A stretch of DNA of 64,000 bases. It comes from Adineta vaga. Lineage: Eukaryota; Animalia; Rotifera. Under the pieces are notes generated by a model. The model was given only the letters and a program-made list of their open reading frames with translations, had not been told where the DNA came from and searched no databases. A program made the translations under genes and the position numbers. This document shows positions 1-12,589 of this stretch, one piece after another (position 1 is the stretch's first letter; every line of letters starts with the position of its first letter). Location: the NCBI GenBank assembly GCA_021613535.1, contig CP075497.1, positions 806,001 through 870,000 of the forward strand, in the 5' to 3' direction.

Positions 1-479
1 CTATGGTGCTACACATAAACCTGATCAAATCGATTTTGATTTTGTTCTTTTGCATCTTCTTACAGGAATGAATGCTATTCGAAATCTTCGATCCCATTTG
101 GATAGGAACATAATGAAAAGACTTCTATGCTCTTTTTTCTATCTATCGATTGCTGTTTATATAGCTCAACGACGACCAAAAATCAACGAACATCTCCTTC
201 ATGATTATAAGATGAAAGAGAACAAGTGCAATTGGGAATATGTCATTGATCATACATTACACTACAAAATTGGCTACAGAACCTCACGTTGTCAAGGTTA
301 TTTATAGTTTAAAAGATGCTGAAAAAGATTATGAATCAAAAAATGAACTCTATTTGAAAGCTGCTGTGAAATCAGTAGATCATTTACGTACAGACACACC
401 ATATAATTATTACAAGTCACATGAGCCTTGGATAGGAATGTCGGATGCAAATCGAGAACTCAATGTCAATAAACATTAA
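1..479 (+). pseudogene. 3' part of a questin oxidase-like (DUF4243/AflY-type) gene with a 1-nt frameshift near 258-265
   Basis: Motifs DFVLLHLLTG (frame of ORF 50..307) and TEPHVVKVIYSL (frame of ORF 240..479) join if one base is removed from catacattacactacaaaattg. The 5' end lies outside the window. The frameshift may be an assembly error. Confidence 0.55.
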
Positions 480-749
480 CTCTTTCATATTGTACTATTT
501 CGAAAATAGATCATTGGGAAAAGATGCAAATCCTAATGTGTGTCGCTTAATTTTTCTTTTTATAATTATATTATTTTGTTGATAGATTAACTATAGCACA
601 AGAATACAATGTCTTTTGTAGTAGTATGATTATTTATCTTGTCTTATATATGGATACGTGAAAATATGCAAAATGTTAATCAGATATTTTTAACAACACA
701 TATCAACTACTTCGAATATTAACGTTATGATTTTGATCAAGTTTTATTT

Positions 750-2171
750 CTATATGTCAAGGCAAGAATAGAATAAGGCGATAATACCACAACAACATAT
801 TATAAGACCAATCAGTGAATATTGCGCGATCAATAACCAAAATGTGAACTTATATAGATTTTCATGACAATAGTTTGTTTCATTGTGTTGATTGTATTGA
901 ACTTTCGTTCTCGTAGGAAATATCCATATACTTCCCTATTAAAATCAAACTAACAATTATAATGATAACATATTTAGTGTATATTACCATTATTAACCAT
1001 CCGAGAAAGAAGAAGAATAATAAACATAAAATAGAACTACTGATATAACGTCCAATTTTAATATTATCAGAGTACTTTTTGAATGTTATAAGCATCTAGA
1101 AAAAAATCGTATGTTTTTGAAATATCGATAGATCAAAGTCTTACTATAATGAATATCAAACTAAAAGTGGCTAGACCTACAGCTCCAAAAATAGTCATCC
1201 ATCGTGGAATCCATGATTGAATCGGACAATCATTTTTGTATATCTGACCAAAGATTAGAGTAGACATTGGGAGAATAATTGCTATGATTGATGTAATTAA
1301 TAATGCTATTCGCTTTTTTGACATTGGTTCTCGATAAATCTCCTCTGTAGTGAATGAAGGCATGAATTCTGAATTCGATATAGTATCAAATGATATTGGC
1401 TCATGAAATACATCTATTGAACAAAGTGTTAAAGAATTTATGATAATATGAATTTCACATACTCTGAGTATTCCATTGATGTTGATATTGAATTGAATTT
1501 GAATCATAATATTCCGCATCACATCGTTTTATTTCAAGTAATACTCCATAAATCATAACAGATGATCGATTTTTTGTTTTCCATTCTAATGCATCATTCG
1601 AGATATAAGGACATATTTGTATACCGTTTTCACGTGCTCTAACAGTTTCAGGTTGAACAATAATAGAATCAGGTTTTTGTTTACATTGTAATGCTACTTT
1701 TATAGTATATAATTGAAAATTATAAGGTGATTGAAATTCGTGTGTAGAAGCATAACAATCAAGTCCAGCATAACTAATTGATGGTGTTGTAAAAGTATAA
1801 TGTTCTCTTGGAATATGACCTTCTCGTATTTCTAACTTTTTCCCATGCATTGTAGTATCATTTGGTAAAAGTAAATTTCGATGTTCAACACATGATATAG
1901 CATTTTCAATAGTTGTTCCATGATAACAATTCAGCCATGTATCCCATACATTATGATGAATAAAGAATGCTTCGTCAACTGATACACCAAAACGAGTCCA
2001 TCCTCGTGGAATGACATAGATATAGCTAGCTACCGTCATTGTATCAGGCAGATTGTATGAATAACATTGTTCACAATAACATCGATCATGATCGTCTCGA
2101 CGAAACGCAGATGGCCACGAAACACTTTCTAAAAACTCTCGACCAACGCGTAAATGCTCGCACTCAGCCAT
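750..2171 (-). CDS. ADP-ribosyltransferase-like domain (NEURL4 C-terminal type) fused to a TMEM272-like 4-TM domain; exons 2171-1463, 1413-1145, 1095-988, 935-750
   Basis: IPRGWTRFG, CYHGT, TTPSISYA, ALQCKQKP, LEW and IYGVLL motifs. Three ~50-bp GT-AG introns keep the frame into KNDCPIQSWIPRWM, FFLGWLIMGSIWIF and NYCHENLYKFTFW; TAG at 750-752. Confidence 0.75.
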
Positions 2172-3951
2172 TTCTATCTATACAATAAATAAAAGATTGT
2201 TAAAAGATCCAAGAAAGTAAAAGTCTTTATCTATCTTATAAAGGTATTTTCAAGTGAATAAATATTTGTTTTTTTATTAATTTTCATAGATATATATATT
2301 TGAATAGAAAAAGTAATAGAAAAATCCAAGAAACACAAACATTTCTTTGATGTTAAATAATTTCGTCTTCTATTTCTGACTCGATAAATAAAGATAATTA
2401 CTTAAGATGAGAATATACTGACATTTAAATCGTCTCACATATGTAACTACTTAATTTAGTTTCAAACGATGTTTTTTGTAAAAATTTAACAAAAAATAGT
2501 CAAGTTAATTATATTTCGTGCGCTATGGTCTACCAATGGATGTGTGTTGTCTTTATAGTTTGGAAGGATTAGTTATTAGACTGCGCTTTTTTCGATGCTA
2601 AAGAAACTCTTCGGTAAAAGAAACATAAATTTATCTATGCTTTAAGGATGAAAGTTTTAGAGAAAATAAAAGAACTTCGAACGGAATAAAATTGTTCGAG
2701 GCTATCACAGAGGATGCAAAATATTAGGAAGAGAAAACAAGTGATGATGCGATGTTTATTCTACCTTTATTGAGTTACCATATATACGTACCTGCACACA
2801 CACTAAATCTAATGATCTTGAACTATCCGAAATAAGAAAAGCATGTGTATTTATACTAAGACAACATCTCGAGGGTATAAAGTGACGAAATAAACATAAA
2901 GAAGATGATGATGTCATCAAACACGATATCATTTCAAACAACGTAGTACATAAGATTGATGTAAGAGGCCAGGAGTGAAAGAATAAAAAGAAGATAGAAC
3001 ACGCAGCTTTCATCAGATAATCACAAGAAATAAAATTTTGTTACTTCTATCATAGAATTTTATATTTTGGTTCGCTCAGCTGTTATAAAAAATACAGTAA
3101 ATACTCTCAATAAAGTGTCGGAAAACACTGATCGCAATTTTGTTGTCATTTCATTCCGGTTGAAATAAAAAATTTCGACAAATTTATCTTATCGGTAATA
3201 TTCCAATAAAATTAGATGCTTTTTTATGCGTAAAGATTTGAAATCTATAATGATACAGTATTCTGTTAAACACACACTATAGAAGAACAATTGACCTAAT
3301 TAATAGGTAAACTGTTCCAACGAGAAAGGATTGTTTTCACATATACAAAATCTTATTTGCAAATTCGAAGATGTTTCAAACAATCATCATGCATTTTGAA
3401 CTTTGTGGTGAACGACAGTAGTCAAACGAGATCAGGATTGATATTTAAACAATGGAGGCAAGAGACAAAACTGATATTTTTTTTATTTTACTCTATTACT
3501 GTCATAATTTGCGTCATCATCACACTGAAAAAGAAGAAAAAAACATGTTAATAGATGTTGTTCGATGAATAACCGGTCACGATCAAGTTATGAAACCAGT
3601 ATAAAATTCAGGTACGACGAAAAATACCTCATGTTGATTTGTGTTCTATAATCAGGATTGACGTCAGCAGCAACCTTTCAAGGACAAAACGTAAATCAAC
3701 TTATGAATTCTAGCAGCAGGAAAGAAAAATTTGTCAATACACACAGCGCAGTTGAGTTTCACATGAATTATAATGCATTACGTACATTATCGTAACTGGC
3801 ATATAAACAGGATAGAGAGAGATGAGAGAAAATGTATATAAAGGAGATGAAAATCAAACATTACACCATATTGATCGGCAAGTTTCGTACAAAACTCTGG
3901 TATACATTTTAATCTTTCAAAGGTCAACGATTTCTATTGTCCTGCTTATTG

Positions 3952-6900
3952 ATGGATAAAGTCGAGCATAAGCATACTTTCAGCGACAGCATTGCTGCTC
4001 AACGAATATATCAGCAGAAACTATCCTCGTCGGCTCCAGCGTCGACAAATGCTGGTCGTCGATATAATAAAGCTCGTAGTTCTCTGTATGCATCTGGTGC
4101 TACCCGAGTGGATGCAAATACCATTGATACAATGCAACAAGATCGCATTGCTTGGCAAACGTTATCTCAATATTTGAGTCTTCGATTAATGCAAAGACGT
4201 CGATCTGATTCGGCAAGCTATACTAATCGAGCATTGTCATTAGAAGAGAGACATACACGGTACGCTCGAACACTTTCTGACAAGACCAATCGCTTGAAAG
4301 TGCCACCAGCAGCGATTTCCGATGAGATATCAGAACGTAGTTTCAAAAGCATAGATCCGGTTACATTAGAATTGGATAATGAAAACATTGAAGATACATC
4401 AAAACTTGAAACCGATGTACATGTCATACCGTTGGAAAGACTAGTTGAACGATTTAACAGCAATTTGACAACAGGTCTAACAGATGATGTCGTAGCACAT
4501 CATCATGCGACTTATGGAAAAAACAAACTGACACCATCAAGTCCACCAAGTCTTATTTGGATGTTTATTAAACAATTGATTATTGGTTTCAATAGTGTAT
4601 TATGGCTTGCAACTCTATTTGCTTTTCTTAGCTATGTAAGTTTATTAACATTTTTATTTGTTCATGTTAATCAATTACGTATAGTATATCTGTGAATGAT
4701 TTGCTTTGTTGCAGAAACCATTCGGTGATCCAGATCCTGATGTAGCCAATCTAGCTTTGGCTGGCATACTTGTTTTTGTCATTGTCTTTAATGCTCTTTT
4801 CAACTTCTATCAGGAAGTGAAATCAATGAAAATTGTGGCATCCTTCTCAAAAATGCAACCTTCGATTGCTACCGTTAAAAGAAATGGAATTGAAATGCAA
4901 CTGAACGCAGAAGAACTTGTACCTGGCGATGTGATTTATATTCGTCTCGGCGACAAAATTCCAGCCGATTGTCGACTGATTTCATGCGACGATCTTCAAG
5001 TAGACACATCACAATTAACTGGTGAATCTGTACCTATCACCTGTACTGTTAAATGCACAGATCTGAACTTTATGGAAACGACCAATCTTGTTTTCTACTC
5101 ATCACTTGTCGTTCAGGGTTCAGGTGTGGGAATAGTCGTCAACATCGGAGATGCAACCGTACTTGGACAAGTTGGTCAAATGACTCGCGGCTCTGGTGGC
5201 TCAGAGGTGACTGGACTTCATCGAGAAATTAATCGCTTTGTTGTATTCATCATTTTGGCTGCATTCACATGTGTAGTTCTTCTATGGATTACTTGGGCTG
5301 CTTGGCTCAACATTTCACAGACTGGATATATCTCTGTTAATGGTAAGACAGAATTGACTAATCTGCATTAGGAATATTTTGACTTTTATTCCTAGGAAAT
5401 GTGATCAATTCTATTGGCATGGTGGTATGCTTTATTCCTGAAGGTCTACCAGCAGCTGTTACTCTCGTTTTAACTATTGTTGCAAAGAGAATGTACAAAC
5501 AAAAAGTGATGGTAAAAAGTCTAGTAACCATAGAAGTGTTTAACTATGTTTCTGTAAGACGTTATTTCTTTATACTTTATTGAGAATAATTCTTATATAT
5601 TAATAGGTTATTGCTACAGATAAAACTGGAACATTGACAATGAATCAAATGAGTATTACTGCTCTCCTTTGGGGAACTCTAGGAGAATTTATGGTTCCTA
5701 TTCATAGCGAATATGAACAGGCGATCACATCGAAACAAGAACAAGGTATGATCGATCGAAAACGACCTTCATTAACTTCAACTGATGTTGCAAGTGCTTT
5801 GAAAGATCTAATTCTTGGTGCATGTCTTTGCAATAATGCAACCAAACAATCGTGTATAACGAGCAGTAGCGGTGATGCAAACCACAATTCAGAAGCCAAT
5901 ACCGACGATGATGAGACATCATCAAAACTGACTCAAGTCATTGGGGATGCAGCTGATGTGGCACTGTACAATATGTGCAACGAAAAATGTTCTGTCAACA
6001 TTGAGCAAGTAAAAAAGATGAACCCACGTATCAATAGTGTTCCATTCAATTCGAAAAATAAATTCATGATTACGGCCAATCTTCTAGCACAGACATCGAA
6101 TGACAATGAAATGGTATTGATTACACTGAAAGGTGCACCGGATTTCATTCTATCTCGTTGTTCAACTTATAAAGATGACTCTGATGATGAAATGTTGCCA
6201 ATGACCGATGAATTTCGAGCTACTGTTCAAGAGCGACAGGAAAGACTGGGAGAATCGGGATATAGAGTAATAGCCATGATTCAACAAAAAATGAGTAAGC
6301 AACAATATGATATGATGATAGAAGCATACAAGACAAATAAAAGTTATCCACAATCTACCGAACAATTGTCGCCTGATGAACTCGATCTGAACGGATTGCC
6401 ATCGAAGGATTATTGTTTCGTTGGTAAATGAAAATCGAATAAAATTTTATTAATGAAACTTATCTGATCAATACTTTGTTTAGGTATGTTTGCTCTGCTC
6501 GATCCTGCTCGCCCTGAAGTACCCGAAGCTGTACTTAAAGCTCGTAGTGCTCATATTCGTGTTTGTATGGTCACCGGTGATCATCCGACAACTGCAGCGA
6601 CGATTGCAAAAAAAGTCAATATTCTTAGTAAAGAAATCAGTATTGAGAATGGTATTGACAGCTTTAGAATAGAGGATGATAATGAAACACAAGAAACGTT
6701 AGCTCACTTTGTTCGTAATACACATACATTGCTAGAAAGTCATATCGTTGGTGAATTAACAACGACGATTGATGTGAAGGGTATCAAGTCAATCTCTGTT
6801 TCGAAGAAAAAAGCAAACATTTTCAAACGACTTTGGAATGGTTTTCTGTTCTATCTACGAGATCCAAATCAGGTTAAACATGTGAAGAAACTTGATATTA

Positions 6901-8163
6901 TTCCCTATGGTGTGGTCGTCACTGGTAGTGATATACACTCGATGGATGTAAGTATTCTGAATGATATAGTTCGTAATTTTACTTTTTGAGACAAAGATTT
7001 CTTTTTTTTTTAGGATCACATGTGGGATTGGGTGTTATCCCATAAAGAGATTGTTTTTGCTCGAACATCACCAGAACAAAAGCTACGCATTGTGATGGAA
7101 TTTTCTAAACGTGGTGAAGTCATTGCGGTTACAGGAGACGGAACAAATGATGCACCTGCACTTAAACAAGCCGACTTAGGAGTTGCAATGGCTGCTGGAA
7201 CAGAAGTTGCAAAGGAAGCTGGTGATATGATCTTACTTGACAATAATTTTTCATCAATTATTACTGCGATTGAAATGGGCCGACTATTAAGTGATAATCT
7301 GAAGAAAGTCGCCATCTATTTGCTACCTGGAGGTAAGTTTCTTAGAAGTTTCAAACTTCAAGGAAATTTTTTTTCCTAATCTAATAGGTACATGGTCCGA
7401 AGTGATTCCTGTGCTTGTTAGTACATGGATGGGAATTCCGCTTTCATTATCTCTTTTTCTTGGTGTCGTTTTCTGTATGTTCAACGATATTGTTAATTCT
7501 TTGGCAATGGTTTCGGAAACAGCTGAACAAGATATCATGTCTCGTCCACCAGCCATTCGTCACAAAAACCATTTGGTCGACTGGAAACTACTCGTTCATG
7601 CTTACTTGATTATGGGAAATATTGAATGTTTTACTGCTTTCTTCTGCTTTTTCTGGTATTACGCATCGCAAGGTAACTGTTACACATTAGAAAGAAAAAC
7701 AGTATTGATTAAATATTTATTTTTCCTTTCAGATATTCCTGTTAGTAGCATCTTTTTTACTTACGCTAATTATGGTACAAATCCTCCGATCAACAAAACA
7801 CGTGATGAACTCACAAGTATTCTACAAACGGGTCAATCAATTTACTACGTAGCCTTGTGTATCATGCAAATGTTTAATCTCATTTCGACACGAACACGTT
7901 ATGTATCATTTTTCAAACACAATCCGTTGTTTGGAAAAGCTCGTAATTTAACTATCTGCATAGGAGTTGTCTTTTCTTCTTCTGTCGGTCTACTTATCAC
8001 ACTCGTACCATGGTTTAATTCGGTATTCAAAACCAAACCAGTACCGGTAAAATATATCTGTCCAGCACTAGGCTTTGGTTTGGGTCTATTTATATTTGAT
8101 GAAGTACGCAAATTTCTCGTGCGACGCTATCCAAAATCGTGTTTGGCCAAGATGGCTTGGTGA
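3952..8163 (+). CDS. P-type cation ATPase, P2C (Na/K, H/K)-like alpha subunit, about 8 exons
   Basis: TGES, PEGL, DKTGT (about 5620-5634), KGAP, TGDH and [10 protein letters not shown] motifs. GT-AG introns at about 4636-4714, 5343-5395, 5554-5607, 6424-6484, 6948-7012, 7333-7387 and 7673-7732. Confidence 0.95.
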
Positions 8164-8340
8164 TACAACATATCGCACGTTTTGCCTGAAACTCGACTAT
8201 TAACAAATTTACTAATTTTTTCTAACAACGTTGAGTTTTTTTTCACTTCTCTGAATTATAAATATATATTATATCCGTATGAATATTCATTTTGAACATC
8301 ATGCTTTTCATCGAATAGATGTAAGCTGATGGAATATTTT

Positions 8341-8410
8341 CTTGAGGGTGTGGGCGTAAGCGAGGGTATGGCTGTGGTTGTGAGTGATTAAGATACGTCC
8401 ACAGCCACCA
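8341..8410. repeat. Degenerate telomere-like hairpin element starting CTTGAGGGTGTGGG
   Basis: The same terminus recurs at about 11182, 18733, 30844, 34476 and (reverse) 52831-52849. Confidence 0.55.
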
Positions 8411-8932
8411 TAGAGTACAAATTGAGTTTCATATCAGTTGTAGTGTATGTTATTGTCCTATAATATCAGATGGTGTTTAGTATAGCATAATATGTCGAAC
8501 TGTCATATCTTTCTGTTGTTATTATGGATGAGAAAAAGAAATAAAAAAAAACATGATGGATTTTGTTATTGGTTTTTCATTTCTAATGTAAGAATTATTT
8601 TAACAGAATTGTTTTTTTGTTAAACTTATATAATTAGTTAAGTAAATTTTGTTTTTCATGATTATGGTTGATTCAGAAAAAGAAGAGAAGAAAACAATTA
8701 TTTAACAAGTTTTCTAATCAATCATCTGGAGAAAAGAGAAATCGATATTTTCAAATGTATTGAGATTCTATTTAATAAAGGGTTTTTTTCCAATATAGTG
8801 TACTATTGTTGTTTCTAGAAATAGAAAATAGAACTGACAAAATAATACCAAATATGATATTTCTATTGGTGATAAAGTTTACTGAGATAGAAATTTTGTT
8901 CATTTTCATTAGACTGATGAAATGATGTAAAC

Positions 8933-8959
8933 AAAGAAAGAAAGAAAGAAAGAAAGAAA
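8933..8959. repeat. (GAAA)n microsatellite
   Basis: About 6 tandem GAAA units, directly visible. Confidence 0.9.
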
Positions 8960-9047
8960 CAAATTAAATTGAGTTTTGTTATCTAACTGTTGTTTAACAT
9001 TTTCTTTCCAAACAAACCATTTAATCAATATCAGAAGCTCCTTAGAG

Positions 9048-10665
9048 ATGTTTCTAACAAAAATGTTTCTCTTATTTTTCTTGGAATTATTGAAACAAAC
9101 AAATGGACAAGATATGCGATCAGTTCAAATGTCTTCATTTGTTAATTCAACATTTCAATGTTCACAAACAACTTGCTTACCATATCTAAATATGACAAAA
9201 ACAAATCTTCGTCAATGTCAAATAGCTTGTTTAAATCATATTCAATGCAAGGCTATTACTTTTCGGCAATCAACTACATATTGTCAATTATTTGATAATT
9301 CAATCAATCAAAACATAAATATGTCATATGCAATAGATGTTACGACAACGATTGTTATTTCAGGAACACGATATCCACCTGGTGCGTATTAAATACGTGA
9401 AATGAATATTTGAAAAAGAGTATAGATGTGAATGTCTTTTATTGTATCATGCATACTATGACATCGCATAGTTTATGAATTTATTCTGCAAAAGTTGTCA
9501 GATTTAGATGATGATAGTGTCTAGAATAGATCAGCAAAATCGTTCTATTAAATTCTGTTTTTATTCTATGACTTGAGAAATGGGAGCATGTTAGACAAGC
9601 AAAAATAATAGACTTCTTGAAATACATGTTATAAAAACTCTAATATATTTATGGTAATAAAAAGTTCTTTTTTTCAACAGAACCAACTACAACATCCACA
9701 TCAACATCATCAACAACGTCATCAACAACGTCATCAACAACATCAATAACAGGTTTGTTCTCATATTTCTCTTTTATTCTTACAATTTTTGTTGCGAGAA
9801 TTTAGCTGATAAAATACAGTCGGATATTGACCATCAACCTTACTTTCTATAACTTGGAAGCTATTTTTTTAACAGATAGTATATAGTCGATTTACTTAGA
9901 TATTGCTGAGCAAATGAATAATATCATAGGTCTCAATTAAAATGAAATTACATATTTTTACGAATGCTGAGATTCTTATATTCTTTCTATCTTATTACAG
10001 GATGTGGCGCACTATGCAACAAAACACTTTTACTCAGTGATACAAACGATGCTGCACTTCAAACATTAGTTAATAGTTTACAATCAGCAGGTTTAACTGT
10101 AGATTTTATATCGGGTGGTATAGCAAATTATACTGGATCTCCAAATGCGTCTGCATATAGTTCGATTATTTTGATAACAGGTTCAAGTTATGGAATAGAT
10201 ATGCCATCTACTGGACAACAATCTATTTTAAGTGCTCAACAGAATAATAATGTAGGCGTTGTTATCACTGAATGGGGAGCATATAATGTTGCATATGGAA
10301 GATGGTCTGTATTGTCGCCACTTATATTGGCAACATACTCATCATATAGTACTACAACTATGTCATACAATTTAGTTAACAGTGGACATCCAATTTGGAA
10401 TAGTCTCCCAACTTCTTTTACTACTTCAGCAACACTAAGTTACATCACGCTGGGTACAATTAAGAATGGAACTATAATAATCGCAAACTCTACAGAATGC
10501 AATGGACCTGCAGTTATTGCTAGACCTTCTTCGGGAACTGCTGGACGTATAGTACAATTTACTCATGCAGGTCATTATAGTTCGGGCACATTTAATTGGG
10601 GAAATGAGGCAAACATTTTAAAAATGATGATCAATGCCATTAAATGGACTGGTACTCTTCTTTAA
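9048..10665 (+). CDS. Secreted protein: PAN/Apple-like domain, Thr/Ser-rich linker, uncharacterised C-terminal domain; exons 9048-9381, 9681-9752, 10001-10665
   Basis: Hydrophobic N-terminus; CQIACLNHIQCKAITF...CQLF PAN pattern; phase-1 GT-AG introns flank a short PTTTSTSTSSTT exon. Confidence 0.75.
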
Positions 10666-12589
10666 TATTTTTCATTTATTTTTTTTTCATGATATTCATC
10701 TCTTTTTAACAAGCATGTTCATTTGATTGAATTTATTCTTAAATGATAATTCGTGAAAAATTGAGTTTAGGAGCATGAAAAAAAGAAATTGAAACGAAAC
10801 TGACTTGAAGGTGTATCCTAAAACTTCTTTCAACATCTGTATCATGTTCATTAATATAAGTATGATTATCTACAACATATTCAAATGTAATATAAGTCAA
10901 AGAATATTTTCGATATCCAATCAAATATTCACTGAAAATTTGTTTTTCATTCATTAGAATTCATTTTTAAGATTAAGATAAGTGAGCAAAAACTTTCGTT
11001 GCAGACAATTGTTATTAACTATAAATGGTTGAATAAAAAAATTTGATCTTGGAAATGGTGATGGTACACGAATTTGTGAATGAACTGATGATCAGATGAC
11101 TTTCGATGATGTTTATGATCAACTTCTCACTATTTTCTCTCTCAGTAAGATAAAATTTGATTCGATACAATATTTAATATTCTTGAGGGTGTGGGTATAA
11201 TGATGAGAGATAAGAAATCATCATCCACGATTTAGATTTAAAAATTCGGCGAGATCTTGTTGGATCTGGGTATTCTACAGATTTCAAAAGAAATCTTGGT
11301 TGCAGAAATACTTCGGATTCGCCGTCAGCAAAAATAGCAATTTCTACAAATTTGATAAATGTTCATTGAAGTAGTTTTAAATAGTGGTCTTCGGCGCCTA
11401 TCAGATCAATTGGTCAAAAACTATCAAATATCGATACTATGGATTCCGATGTGTTTTCACCATCAGATTTTCTACAGAATCTTATGTTGTTGTTGTTTTT
11501 TGTGTGTCGCTAGTTTAATATTAAAGAGAGAGGGTAGACGAATTCGCCGAGAGGCGCTGACCGATCACGTACTGTTATGGAGAACATTGGATACAATGAA
11601 GGTATTGAAAATACATGTAACCAAATATATGTGTTGAAAAATTCTAGCTTCAGTTTTGAGAATGATGGAAATTGTCGGTAAATAAATTTCAGGATTGTAT
11701 ACGCTTTTCGTAGTTTGATACATTGCGCAATAACAAGCATTGCTGATAAAAAATCTGTTTAAAAGTATTTTTAATGTCAAAAGATTATTTTCAATCTTCT
11801 CTCTATTTTAAAAATAGTAATTTAAATTCTAATTTTTGTTTCCAAACAAGTTGTTCACAAATATATCTGTTATTTTAACATGTATATGTTCAAAAATATT
11901 TACTTAAAGTAAATCTTCCCGTTTTGCATTAATTAATAGATGGATTTACTTTTTACCAGATTCAGTTAATTCTAATTGAGATTATTGAAAAGAATAAAAA
12001 ACTTAACATTTTGTCTTGTTATAATTAATTGAACATTTGTTTTAGTATAGAAATTGCTTCAATTGCCATCGAGTTTTGGCCTAGTATATCCAAGCGCACT
12101 GCATATGACTAAAATTCACTTTTTATATCTCTCTATAAATGAATATGTTGACTACAGCCAAATATATTATTAATTTTAATCAAAGATGATTTTAGTATGG
12201 TGTGGAAAACAAAATAGTTCAGATGCAATACATATTGTTTTTGAGATACAAAGCGTTAACATGGGGTATAGATGGCAGCTCTGATTTATGTAGAGGATGC
12301 ATTGGTGAGTATAATGACTTGAAATGTATACATTAATACAGTTGATTTGCATCAGAGTAAAGACAGATGTCGTCAGCACATTCTCAGTTCTTATGCTGCA
12401 TAAAAGAAGAGAACGCTACATACATATTCTGACAGCTGTAAACATTGCCATTTTATTTACATCGTTGGTCTCTACGTCGATGCTGTACAATCAATTGAAG
12501 CTTAATATATTTTTAAGATTTTCTAGATTACTAAAGTGAACTGTGCATGTAAGGTACACTTTGTTATTATGATTAAAAGATTTAAATTA

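Noticed and set aside
1414-1522. Frameshift between ORFs 1455..2171 and 1133..1522
   Set aside because: Fully explained by a 49-bp GT-AG intron.
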